Shown here: positions 52,263 through 64,000 of the stretch, one piece after another
Position numbering within the stretch: position 1 is the stretch's first letter
Layout: each line of letters begins with the position of its first letter
Source of the DNA: Harriotta raleighana
Lineage: Eukaryota
DNA: 64,000 nt
Reading direction: 5' to 3'
NCBI GenBank assembly: GCA_050575255.1
Contig: JBNZDD010013730.1
Span: forward strand, 3,609,538 to 3,673,537
Notes under the pieces: generated by a model
What the model saw: the letters and a program-made list of their open reading frames with translations, nothing else
What the model was told of the DNA's origin: nothing
Database searches by the model: none
Position numbers and translations under genes: made by a program

Positions 52263-52687
52263 ATGATGCTATGATACAAAAGGCCCCTCTGGAAACTTTT
52301 AAATTATGGGGAGGAACACTCGAAGGAGAGAGTCCGCATTCCATCCCAACAAGTATCACTGGAATTTCCAGGTGTAGGCGAGATGCAGGGAACTCTCAGT
52401 TTGGTTTAGATACACTTAGGGTTGACGATGGATTTCTGTGTATGTAAGACGCAATATGTTTTGAACCCCCCCCANATGATGCTATGATACAAAAGGCCCC
52501 TCTGGAAACTTTTAAATTATGGGGAGGAACACTCGAAGGAGAGAGTCCGCATTCCATCCCAACAAGTATCACTGGAATTTCCAGGTGTAGGCGAGATGCA
52601 GGGAACTCTCAGTTTGGTTCAGATACACTTAGGGTTGACGATGGATTTCTGTGTATGTAAGACGCAATATATTTTGAACCCCCCCCA
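52263..52687. repeat. ~212-bp duplication around a single N (52475); probable assembly artefact
   Basis: Two copies differing at about two positions plus poly-C length. Confidence 0.9.
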
Positions 52688-53517
52688 CCCCAAAAGGATT
52701 GGTTGCAACCTTGCTTTGCACAAATCAGCTGCTGCGTTTGCCTACAAATACAGTTACTGCACTTTAATGAAAACTCTGAAACATTGCAATTTCTTTTTTC
52801 CAATTTACTTTAATGGCGAAGTTGCCTTTACCTTTCCTCACTTGAAGTGTTGGAAATCAATTGTACTGGAGAAACCATAGCCTGTGTTAAAATGTTACAA
52901 ATGAGGAGATTTGTGCCTGCTTTTAAATATGCTCATGTTAAATTATACTGGTTTAAATTACTTTAACACTGGACACTATCCAACCAGACAATCATAGCAA
53001 AAACTCAGTGAGTGAAATAAGAAATAGCTTTGTTTCTTAATCAAAGGGTTTAGTGTTATTGTTTGCTTTAATTAACAAGAGGTGCAAAGTGCCTTCTTAT
53101 TGACTCCAAATCGAGTGTAAGACTATCCTTTATTAGTTACAGTAAACCATTGAAATTTAATAAACACTTGATAATCTCAGGTCATCTGATTTTGTATCTA
53201 CGAGAACGTTTCCTAAAAGCTTTTCTTTTAGCAAGGGTTCATTTGCAGTGCACCTGGTAGATGTGGGATGGTGTCAGAAAATCTCAGTTGGAAAATTTCG
53301 TCAGGTCATAATCGAACTACTATCTTCTCAGAGAGTTTAGACCACAGAGTAGCAATGGCAGAACTGTGCAGATGCCAACATTTGACTACTATCAAAGGGG
53401 CCGTTCTCTGAGAATCTGTGGAGCTGAGTAATTGGGAATACAATACTGTAAAGTATTGTAACATAGGGAAAATAGATGAATGGATTAAACTTTTCTGTTA
53501 TCTATTATGATAATGAA

Positions 53518-53996
53518 ATAATACAAATGCTTGAATTTTATATAACATCTTAAATCACTTCACAAGGTTTCCTGCATATTCATAAGCGAACGCAGAAGCC
53601 AGTTTGCAAACAGCAATGTCCCACAAAAAAAGGAGAATTGAATGTCCATCTTTCGTGTTTGGGGATTGGCCAGAACACTAGGATAAACTCTTTTTTTGGG
53701 GGGGGGGTGGGGGGCGATCTTCAACCTTCACCCGAACACATCGTTTAGTGTTTGATCCAAATGCCAACTTCTCTGCCAATGCAAACCTCCCCACCACTGC
53801 ATTTGAGTGTCAACCTAAATTAGGAGCTCAATGGGGAATGGAAATTGCTCTTTCATAGAGCCAGCACAGACCCAATTGCCTGTATGGCCTTATGTGCTAC
53901 AAGTTTCTATGATGTCATTTATATTAGGAGCTAAATTAGGATCTTGAACCCACAACCATTTGACTCAAGAGGTGAAAACGCTAACTGAGCTAAGCC
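53518..53996 (-). mobile_element. Older DeuSINE-like element with a + strand CR1 tail inserted at ~53832-53915
   Basis: Collinear with 48005-48372. The insert gctctttcatagagccagcacagac...tggcctt...tgtgct...ttctatgat is CR1-like. Confidence 0.7.
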
Positions 53997-54589
53997 GTAT
54001 TCACATTCAGAGTGTTCACAATTTAATCTGACTGTGTAACCTGGAATCCAGCTTTGAAAGAACTGTTACATTTTTTGAAAGAAAAAAACTTTACCCATGA
54101 AAGATGATAACAGTATTGTCTTCAGAATTAGGCTGTGATATTGTGGTACACTGTACGATATGCCAAGCCAATGTCACTGTGTGAAGAGCCTTTAATAAAG
54201 TATTTGGCTGTCAGCTGGCTGTCACTACCAGAGACAAGGATACCAACATCCCTCCCCCAACCTTGTGCCTTTTCAGTCATAATATTTACGAAGAAAGAAA
54301 GTGAAACACAGGCAGATCTGACCCTTATCTCAAGGTAGAAAGCTCTGTTATTCATTTGGGAAAATGTGCAATTCCAGTTTTTTTAAAAAACCTTGTTCAG
54401 TAGTGCTGACCTTTTTGGAAAAAAAATCCTAGTTACTCAGAGTCATCAGGTTGATGATTGTTTGCAAGATTGCAATGAGCTAGGAGGACAACTGTCAAGC
54501 GAAGTGGGATTGAACACACAGAGACTAGGCAAGAGGGAGACAAGATGGCCTAAAACATTGGTGACTTTACAAATCAAGTTTCCATTGGA

Positions 54590-54913
54590 GATATTTCCCC
54601 TGTCAACCTCCATGTCTCCCGCCCAACCCACCCTACCATCGGTGGCCAGGATTTCAGCCTCTCTGCTCCCATGCTTTGGAACTCCATTCCACAATCCCTT
54701 CGCCTTGTACCCTTCCATGCCTTCTTCAAAGCCAGTCTGAAGAACCTCCTTTTCGGCCATGCCTTCAACCACCATCCTACCTCTCTGATCTCCCTCATCC
54801 CAAAATGCTTGGGTCCCCCAAGCTTGGGTCCCGACCCCTGATTGTTCAGCGCCTTGGTTCATCCGCCCAACGTGAAAGGTGCTCTCTACAAATGTAATTT
54901 TGTTGATGTTGTG
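54590..54913 (+). mobile_element. L2 3' fragment
   Basis: Parallels 5680-5975; ends cagcgccttggttc...acgtgaaaggtgctctctacaaatgtaattttgttg. Confidence 0.9.
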
Positions 54914-55314
54914 GGAGATGAATAGACCTCAGTCCGCACTACGAATGGTTATATTTTTCCAGTCGGCACACGTGGATTCACATAGTCGGTGCTTTTTAGC
55001 AAAATGTAATGTGAAAGTGGATGAGTGTGTGTGCGTGTATGAGTGGAGTAGGGGGTACTATTTCCATAATGTTTTCAATTGCTGAAAAGCAAAATTAATG
55101 CCATTTAAATAACATGAATATATTAACTACAAAATGTATTTATTTACTTTTGCCTACACAACCTGTCACTTCACTTGACAGTAATTGAAATGCTCAGATG
55201 TTAATGTTATTTCTTTATGTTTATATCAATGAGAAATTTTTTCTTTGTATTTTGCTTTTTGAAGGTGGAGCTGTTGAATGTTCCAGCTCTGGCCAAATAA
55301 TAAATATCAATATA

Positions 55315-55412
55315 CAATCAGTCCTCACTTAATGTTGTAGTTGTGTTCTTGAAAAGTGCAACTTTAAGCGAAACAACATTAAGCAAACACATTTTTCCCA
55401 TAAGATTTAATC
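55315..55412. mobile_element. Tigger/pogo-like MITE end fragment
   Basis: TA followed by caatcagtcctcacttaatgttgtagttgtgttcttgaaaagtgcaactttaagcgaaac; only one end seen. Confidence 0.55.
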
Positions 55413-55429
55413 CAATTGACTAACGACCT

Positions 55430-55558
55430 ACAATACTTGCTGCTAGGAAAACAGAGGCATGTGGAGTAAGGAAACTTGCCCAACATTTTGTCCTGCTGAG
55501 AATCGAACCCAGGTCTCTTGCTTACGAATGCTCTAACCACTGAGCTACAGAACTCTAC
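55430..55558 (-). mobile_element. tRNA-derived SINE head fragment
   Basis: gtggagtaaggaaacttgcc...gaatcgaacccaggtctcttgcttac...ctctaaccactgagctacag. Confidence 0.85.
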
Positions 55559-56060
55559 TGAACTACTGACTTTGGACAATAAATCATGGCTTGTTCTGTG
55601 TGGGATGGGAGGTGAGTGACAAAGAAGCAAGAATGCCCGAACGACATTGAAAAGCCAATGCAAGTAGCCAAGTTTGAATGTAGTGTATTCAAGTGGAAGA
55701 AATCAGAAATCACAATGAACCATTGTTTGTACGCAAAGTATCTTGTATCTTTGCATAAAATCCACCAAAATGGCAATCTATCATTTCTCAAGGTAAATGA
55801 AATCTACAATCTCTCAATGTTCAACCCCTGTTTCTGCACATTTGAAACGGAGTTGAAATAAACCATACAATTCAATCCTTAACTGTTCAGGACAAGTTCT
55901 GGTGTCATGGGGTAGTTTGTTTAAGTTTTGTTGACGTGTTAAACTAAGGTGATGTTATGATTTTACTCTGCATTTAATATATACAGTAATGGTTTGGTGT
56001 GCAATCGCTTTCTCTTCTTTCTAATTGTGTTGCAGTAGAGTTCTACAGGTGACTCAACTT

Positions 56061-56130
56061 CAGCACCTTGGGACATCCTCCCAACGTGAAAGGTGCTCTA
56101 TAAATGTAATTTTATTGTTGTTCTTGTTGT
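56061..56130 (+). mobile_element. Solo L2 3' stem-loop tail
   Basis: cagcaccttgggacatcctcccaacgtgaaaggtgctctataaatgtaattttattgttg. Confidence 0.9.
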
Positions 56131-57884
56131 GGATTTGAAATAAATCTTCTTATCGCAAAAGAAAATAGACAACTTTCTTCTCAATAGCAAGAGCAACAAA
56201 GCATTTTGATATTCGACAGGAAATGGCATGCTGATCACATTCTTCCTGATTTATTCTATTTTATGAAAAGAATCATTTTATCCACTACCACTCTGAAAAA
56301 CATCGAATTCGACACATAATGGGTTGAAAATAAAAAGAAAGCGCATTGAATCTATGAAGAAACATTGCATTTTTTTCAATTGTTCCTCCCCCCTCCACCA
56401 CCCCCCAGCTAGATCTTTATTCTATGTTACAAGCTAAATTAAGACTAACTTCTCTCATCCTTTCAGGTTTACTTCACGTGGTTCCTGATTCACACATCAA
56501 CAACAACTTCCATTCACATAGCGCATTCACATGGGGCGGCATAACGCTCCACATGTCCTTTTTATAGCATCTCTGCTCTTCGTCTACATTGCCTGGAAGA
56601 ATTAAAACCCTTTCATTTCGTAAAACCAAGTAGCAAGAGAGCATTTTATTGCCAAGCAGCGGTTCAGTACAATATGAAAAACGCAAAATGTAAATTACCA
56701 GCAAGACGAGAACCAGGATTCCTTGGTTCCAAATCCAACTAGGTATGAAGAGAATGACGTATAAATATTCATTGTGTGGCACATCTCATAGGGGAATAAA
56801 AACAAACGTTCGATATGCATCCNTCAACCAACCAACCACCTAAGACTAATCCGCGTTCAGTAAAAAGGCGGCCTGCGGGCGCCCCCCCCCCCCCCCCCCA
56901 CACCAAAAAATGCCAACTGTATCCACGCACAAAATAAAGAAATGAAAGCCACAGTGTGAGCAAAGTTATATTCGGTTTGATTTTTTTTGAAAGAAAAATA
57001 TTGTTGCTCTGCCATGGGTTAAGATTTATGAACGCAGCACTGAGTACCTATATATAAATTTTCATACAAGTAATGGGCTCCTTCAAAAGGTGGCATCTAA
57101 AATACAATGTTTACCACATGCTTATATGTTCCTTATTATTTCTAATTTACACCGGTGGAAATCCTTGTGCAATTCATCGTAAGTAATACAAGCAAATGCA
57201 AAAAAAAAAATCTTACACAATGACATCCTCATTCTTCTTCGAAAAACACACAACTACTAACCTATGGATCGTCTACACCAGAGGATGAATTAATTGATAA
57301 ATTAGATATAATCTGTTGATGCTATGGCATTTATTTTTTCATCTATTGTCTATTTCTATTCTTCTTCCTATTCTGTGGGGGATTTATCCTCAAAGTATTT
57401 CGGCAAGGAAATAAAACTGTACTGGATCCCTGTGTTACATTCACCCTCTTCTCACATGACCCAGTTGCGGAAGCGACGTGACATTGCTAAATGCCAAAAT
57501 CAGATGCTAATACATGCTAATTCTGCTGCTACCGTATTTACAAATGATTGCAGCTGAACTGATTGCAAATGAGTTGCCAAAATGATCTGAGAAGAGGAAA
57601 ATAAAAGATGCCAGTGAAACGTCCCCGAGATGGAAATTGATGCATAAAGCAATGAAAATAGACCATCACTGTCAATATCCTAAAAGATGCTTATGCTAAT
57701 TCACTTCATTCAACTGTAGGCTAATTGGTTCTGCTTATGCATGTGCTGTTGGTGTTTCGCACACTATTAGATCTTAGGAACATGTGAGTAACCAGCATTT
57801 TTTGTAACTTGTATTCCTCCAGTCAAATCATCGCACACGACTTTAAACAACCTCATGTTATTAGCAATCTCCCAGAACCATATG

Positions 57885-58186
57885 TAATAAAATCCTTGCA
57901 TTTGATATAGTGCTTTGCATGTCTCAAAGTGCTTCACAGAATGTACTGTAAAGTGTGTATTGACTGCATATTTGTGGGCGAAATGTGGCAGCCAACTGCA
58001 GGCAGCAGTGTCCCATAAACAGTCGTGGATTGAAATGACAAATTTATTATTGTTTTTTTTTCTTGAGGGATTATTATCCGGCGTGTGAAGCAAGGAAACT
58101 TGGCCAAGGTTTTGCCCTGCCTGGATTCGAACCCAGGTCTCTCGCTTGTAAGGTGAGCACTCTAACCACTGAGCTGCAGGACTCCA
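57885..58186 (-). mobile_element. tRNA-head/Deu-like/L2-tail SINE, full length
   Basis: On -, A box cagctcagtgg and B box ggttcgaatcc, then the Deu-like block and tail; best-preserved copy. Confidence 0.94.
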
Positions 58187-58519
58187 CAACATATACCACA
58201 TCAGTGGACACATGTACTCATCAGAGGACAGAAATGTAACACCTAGTATTTCCAATCTCCCTGCCACCACATATCAACAGATGGCAGACTGACAAAACAA
58301 TATGGATCATCACCAAACTCACTCAAATCTACCCGCAGCCCCAAAATATATTGCACAATAATATTACGTGACTGAAATCACCCTGTATGTGAGAAATATC
58401 AAAACCTGGAAATAAAAGCCTTGCAGTTCCACTCCCCCAGTGGCTCTTTGAGAAATCCATGTTATAGTGGGGAAACCAATGGATACAAAACTAGCGATGA
58501 AAGATCAATTTCAGCTTTC

Positions 58520-58720
58520 TACTCCATCAGCTAATCTAATATTAACAATCCTTAACAATCCTGGGCTGGGGAGAGAGGAAACACAAAGAGGGCAGGATTT
58601 CCATTCCTGACAGGAGCGTGGAGAAATGCAACTGGCCTGTGAAGCACAGACCACGCTCAGCTGTGATACCTCTCACAGAAAGCCGTCTTTAACAGACTCA
58701 CCCCCACTGAAACGGCTGCT
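58520..58720 (+). mobile_element. Ancient SINE-like family (copy 4, degraded)
   Basis: cctgggctggggagagaggaaa...gctcagctgtgatacctctcac resembles 18900-18960 and the reversed 42140-42170. Confidence 0.4.
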
Positions 58721-59134
58721 GCTCATCACTTCATCTGCTGTTCTCCCCCCTCGTCAGCGAACGGTGCCCACTAAAGACACAATAGTCATAATGAGCAAAA
58801 GGAAATAACATTTGCCATCAACAAAATACCAATCGACAGGGAATAAATAAAGATACTGCTGGAAGCAATTGTTGACAACTCCATCGTGACTCTGTACCTT
58901 ATAAAATATCTTGCCTTGGCAACCCATTGAAGTCCACTGAACAAGCTGTATTGATAAAATCAGAATTTCAAACTAAGAAATAAGTCTGATTATTGTTACA
59001 TTAAATGTTGTTGATTATTGCAATTTCAATCATTTGGGAATGATTATTTCAGGGGGTTAGTGAAAATCTTGAAAATGGAATTCAAATATAATTGTAGCAT
59101 TTTTTTGTTTGTTGAGCTGGGTGCCTGAGACAAC

Positions 59135-59330
59135 CACATCAACAACAACTTGCATTTATATAGTGCCCCTCACGCAGGTTAGTGTCCCAGAGCGCTTGAC
59201 AGTGGGGGAGCATGACATTGAGCTGGGGGGAGGGGGAGGTGACCATAGGCACGGTCGAATAGGAAGATCTTCCTGTAGAAAGCGAAGGATGGAGGCATAC
59301 AAGAAGAGTGTTCCAGAGTTCAACATGATC
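59135..59330 (-). mobile_element. L2 3' fragment
   Basis: caacaacaacttgcatttatatagtgcccctcacg...gtcccagagcgc followed by a G-rich reversed UTR. Confidence 0.8.
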
Positions 59331-60308
59331 TAGACGAGGACATTGAATGTAATGTGTCTAAATTCGCAGATGACACTAAGCAAGTAGGTGCCAGATGGAA
59401 TTTNAGCTCTGAGGATGATGCAAAAAGATTGCAACATGATATAGATAGGCTAGGGGAGTGGGCAAGTAGGTGCCAGATGGAATTTAATCTTGGCAAGTGT
59501 GAAATTATTCACCTAGGTAGCAAAAATAAAAGAAGAGATTATTTTCTAGAGGGGGAGAGGTTAGATAGTGTTAGTATTCAAAGGGATTTGGGTACACCAG
59601 TCTCAAAAAGGTAGTTTGCAGATGCAGCAAGCAACTAAGAAGGCGAACGGCATCCTAGCGTTTATTTCAAAAGGTTTAGAGTACAAGTGGAGGGAAGTCT
59701 TGCTGCAACTGTATAGGGCTTTGGTGAGACCGCACCTAGAGTATTGTGTGCAGTTTTGGTCTCTTTATTTAAAAAAGGACATNNNNNNNNNNNNNNNNNN
59801 NNNNNNNCTTGCCTTAGAGGGGGTGCAGCGTAGATTCACTACGTTAGTTCCTGGGATGAGGGGACTGACTTATGAGGATAGGTTGAATAAACTAGGGCTG
59901 TATTCTCTAGAGTACAGAAGAATCAGGGGGGATCTTACTGAAACATATAAGATTCTTAAAGGGCTGGATAAGGTAGACACTGAGAGACTGTTTCCCCTGG
60001 TAGGAGAATCCATAACCAGGGGGTCACAGTCTTCAAATTAAGGGACAGCCTTTTAGAACAGAGTTGAGGAAACATTTCTTCACCCAGAGGGTAGTGAATT
60101 TATGGAATTTATGGAATTCACTACCCCAGAAGGCTGTAGATGCTCAGTTCTTGAACATTTTCAAGGCTGAGACTGATAGATTTTATTAAAAATAGGGGGA
60201 ATAGAGGATATGGGGACAGGGCAGGTAATTAGAGTTAGGTCAGAAGATTGAATGGCGGGGCAGGCTCGAGGGGCCGAATGGCCTGCTCCTAATACTTCCG
60301 TTCTTATG
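59331..60308 (+). mobile_element. CR1 LINE 3' ~1 kb (RT C-terminus and tail), relatively young
   Basis: SKFADDTK, LQHDIDRLGEWA..QMEFNLGKC, KANGILAFISKGLEYK..LYRALVRPHLEYCVQFW, RGDLTETYKIL; tail ggccgaatggcctgctcct...ttcttatgt. Confidence 0.97.
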
Positions 60309-63300
60309 TGGAAAGGCATTTCATGTTTCAAAAGCAGATGTACATGTGACCCTACATATGGAAACTACCCATTCTTTTGGGGGATGGAGACCCTCTTGCT
60401 CCTCCAAGTTTTGGCTGATTGATACCCAATGAGCCCAGCTAGCTGATCTGTCACCACAAGTGCATTGAACTACTGTGGAGCAGGCTGGCTCAGGAACTGG
60501 AATACCAAATGGCATACTGACTGAATTGCTATATTCCATTGCTAGACAAGGCACCTTGGAGCCAGCTCAGTCCCAAGGAGATCCTGCTTACTAATTGCAC
60601 ATCATATGAGTTTAGCACACGAGGAAAAACTATAAATAAAATCAGTGCTTCAGCTAGACAAACATTTCAAACTGATTTTATTCAAACCTCACTGAGTATA
60701 TTTTGAGTCGTAATTAACAATCTGAGTTTTAACCTTCCAGGTTTAAGTTGACTAGAATATCTGGGGGGAAATTGATATAAAATGATTTGATAAAGGTGGC
60801 AGCTTTTCACGTTTGAAAATCATGTTTTTTTTTCCATAGAAACTCTTGATCAGAAGCCTAATGCAACACATCCCAAATAACAATCTTGTGTTGCATGCTT
60901 GTCACGACATGCATAACTTAGCATGGACACAAGATCACACAGTCTTTGAACATCATTTCCACACACTGCAGGAGATTAAATAGTCCACACTTGGACAAGG
61001 CCAGGAGAAGCTAGGTCTCTTGTGTATTAATAACAACAGAACTCTAGGCTGCTTCCATAATCTCACTCTTCAAAATGGATATGTTTCCAAACGCATTACT
61101 AAATATCATAAAATAAAACTGTGGTCAGTTTTAATATGAGAATGACATTTGCCAACAATAAAACTGGGTTTTATTACACCAAAAGAATGCAAAGCTACTT
61201 ACAAATTAACATAATATTAAATTGATGTATTTTCGGGTTACAATCAAAGCTGCTGGGAAAAAGAGAAATGATATAACAAAAAGAATAGAAAATGTCAACC
61301 ACATTATGATGGGGCTTGGGGGGGAAAGTCACTTCATTACAGGAGACATATAACCAGGAAAAAAATCCATTGTTTGAATAGTGGAGGCTAAGTATCATCC
61401 ATACTAACTGCTGCTTACGACATTCTCATCTCATAGATCCCAGCAAGGTTCCCAACCTTATCCCACCCCAAAAAAATTCAGTTATTGATAATAAAATTAG
61501 AAATGGCATGGATACTTTATGATATGTACTATGAAAGGTCTTTCGTTTATATGATTTCTGTTAAAATGACAGTTCTAATTGGATGCAGACACCAATAAAA
61601 GGGAATATTCTACTTGTCAAGGGTTCATAACGCAAATCGCAGAGGCCACAAAAACTGAAGTGTATCAAAGCAAAGGAGCTATTCACTGCCAGAGATGATT
61701 CTGACAAATGAAAAAGATCCATAATATTTCTGCATTGTATGATGCAAGATTAGAACACTGAGTGTGTCGATGAAGTTAAAATTGAAGCAGTATTAAAAAA
61801 GAAAGACTACATCATGGCAAAGTCAGATATTGTGTGGCACAAGGAAAAGCCACGATGGAAGAACATTCACTTCTGTGGTAAACTCTGGTCATACCCAGAT
61901 TTCAGGTTCATTAGAACCATTAGATTCTTTTTTTTAATATAAATGACAGATTTATATACTTACCCCCAATAAAATCACTTAATTTCCTCAATCATGAAGG
62001 CAGCTTATGAATATTGACGAGCTGATACTAAATTATGTATAGGAACCGGAAGTTTTAAATTGCCATCACCTTTGGGCTCACCAGCAGCAGAAAAGAATCT
62101 AGACACAAAGGAGTCAATAAGCAATTCTGCTGCCTTCTTAGCTATTATACCTTCAGCCTCTTTCTAACAATCACCTGCGTTGGTGATTATTATAATAAAA
62201 CTGCATGTGATAATGTTCTAATATACAATCTGAATGAGGTAATTATACAGTAATAGTCAACTACCATTTAGCACAATAACCTCGGAAGACTTAGCCTGCG
62301 TTGAGATTGGCCTATGAATACATATTGCGTAATAATATATAATCCCACCCTAATGCACATGGTGCTCTGAGCATTCCAGTGAAACACAATAGAGTATTTG
62401 TCAGGAATCTTTCCCCTTCCAGCCATGAAACAAAATCACAGTTTCACTTTCTCGCGCTCTTGTTACCAGCTCATTGCCAAATGGAAAAACCTGGTGACGA
62501 TAATGGAAATTGGCAAAAGGAATGGAAACAACCTCAACACGAAGGAGAGTGAGTGGGGGAAACAATGAAAATGGTTTAAAATAAAAGGTAAAGTCTTGTG
62601 AGGCATAACAAACTGCTGCCATCTTTTATTTTGTGGCATGTTTTGCAAACTTTTATGTTTTTTTTTAACTTTATGCATATATTAGATTTGCTTGTCTAGA
62701 CACCAGTTTATGCTTCTTGAATGTTTTATAAATGTATATGAACAATGCATTGTTTTGTTTGCCTATTTATATGAAAAGATTAAAGGAAATGCATTCTAAA
62801 TCAACTGACTGGGGAAAACGAAATCATTGTAACTCTCTTTGAAGCTTGTTAGTAGTAATAATAAATGAGCTGCCAGCTGACAACTAAAACATAATCCTCT
62901 TTAATGCTGTCATAGAAAATAACTGGTAAGCATGGCAAATTTGTGGTAATATGTGAAAAGCAGATCCAGGGTCAGCTACTTCAGCCTTGTAAAAATACAG
63001 TAGAATTGCTAGTAGTATGAATAATTTAAAGGACACGAAATTCCAATAAATACAAAATTATTTGCTGCAAAATTAAATGCTTATTGGCCTGTTTCTGCAG
63101 ATGACCTGGTTTGAGGCAATGAACAATTAAATCAATGTGTTGCAATAAATCCATAGAATTATGATTAAAATATAAGCCTTATTTACAAGCCCATAACCCC
63201 CTTTCAGACAAAATAATTTAAACATTATGCAGCTGTTTGTTAATCTGTAATCATTCTGCATCAAATGTAACACCAAGAAAGTAAAGTGAAATAGTGTACA

Positions 63301-63728
63301 GAAATTCCACAATACTTAATTTTCAGTTTGATCATGAGCTGCGTATTATTTTGCAATGGAAAATGTAACCAAATATAAAAATGAGAATTAAAGAAAAGTA
63401 TTAAATATGTATTTTCCTCCTTTTTTTTTTAACTGAAGCCTTTGGCCAAGTACAGACATTTGCATTGATACACCATCACGTTTCTCCATAGAGACGTGAA
63501 GCAGAGATATAATCGTGCACAGGCAATCAAATACTAATCACATTAGCATTGTTCTCTCTTTGATACAGAACTACTAACTGATAGCTTGTAAAGTTCCAAA
63601 TGTGTGCGGAAACCTGACATTATTAGTTTATCGATTGAGAACTTGTTCCACTGTGAATGTACAGGAGAATTACCAAAGTGATCACCAACAACATAATCAT
63701 TTCAGGAGCTAACTGGACTGCAACTAAC

Positions 63729-63796
63729 CAGCGTTTGTTTGCGGGTTTGACAGACATTTCGTTTAGATTCATTTCTTAAAAAGCTTTCAATTTGAC
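63729..63796 (-). CDS. Candidate 68-nt exon (phase 1/0)
   Basis: Acceptor ctgtttttttttacatttacag| and donor CTG|gttagt. One open frame: (G)QIESFLRNESKRNVCQTRKQTL. Confidence 0.3.
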
Positions 63797-63929
63797 CTGT
63801 AAATGTAAAAAAAAACAGCATGCCTCTTGGAAAAACACAGCCGAAAAACAATTCTCGCCGTTTTCTATATAACATTTTGTAACAATTACAATAAGATGAT
63901 ATGTGAAGCCTATAGACTTTTCTGTTCAA

Positions 63930-64000
63930 CCGTGCCTTTGGTCACCTGTTCCCCCTCCCCCCAGGCTCCGTTTTGTGAACGCTCTGAGACGCCATCTGGC
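63930..64000 (+). mobile_element. L2-type 3' UTR and start of tail, truncated by the window edge
   Basis: gcctttggtcacc, C-rich stretch, tgtgaacgctctgagacg. Confidence 0.5.

Noticed and set aside
56860-56902. GC-rich patch with a poly-C run as a promoter or G-quadruplex
   Set aside because: Too short for a CpG island, essentially a homopolymer, and next to an ambiguous base.
57500-57587. Strong - strand acceptor (cttttattttcctcttctcag)
   Set aside because: All frames close within ~30 codons and there is no good donor.
62470-62548. + strand exon-like segment with donor AGA|gtgagt
   Set aside because: Two frames are open, no peptide is recognisable, and it is isolated; insufficient support.
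31-63929. The 60-170 aa ORFs of the six-frame track as genes
   Set aside because: They are random-length ORFs in AT-rich eukaryotic DNA, many with non-ATG starts. The longest (57767-58270, 54446-54862, 46890-47315, 59568-60041) are read-throughs of SINE, L2 or CR1 sequence.

Overview
AT-rich vertebrate intronic or intergenic DNA. The repeat complement (CR1 and L2 LINE 3' ends, tRNA-head/Deu-domain/L2-tail SINEs, Penelope-type hairpins) points to a cartilaginous fish, probably a holocephalan; this is an inference from recalled repeat motifs, not a database search. There is no complete protein-coding gene, and nearly all ORFs in the track are spurious or come from transposons. Recognisable content: (1) a heavily decayed, near full-length RTE-clade LINE on the - strand (~4850-7270), interrupted by an L2 and containing an exon-like cassette; (2) a decayed Harbinger transposase; (3) CR1 and L2 3' fragments and many very short L2 stem-loop tails; (4) at least three tRNA-derived SINE families; (5) hAT, Tigger and Harbinger-like MITEs; (6) two Penelope-type elements with degenerate hammerhead-ribozyme cores; (7) a few isolated candidate exons of an unidentified host gene, the best being a 48-nt - strand exon at 18427-18474; (8) repeat-free blocks that look like enhancers; (9) several duplications around single Ns that are assembly artefacts. 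I found no convincing new multi-gene system. The best leads are possible exonisation of the RTE fossil, the micro-exon and the ribozyme-bearing hairpins.
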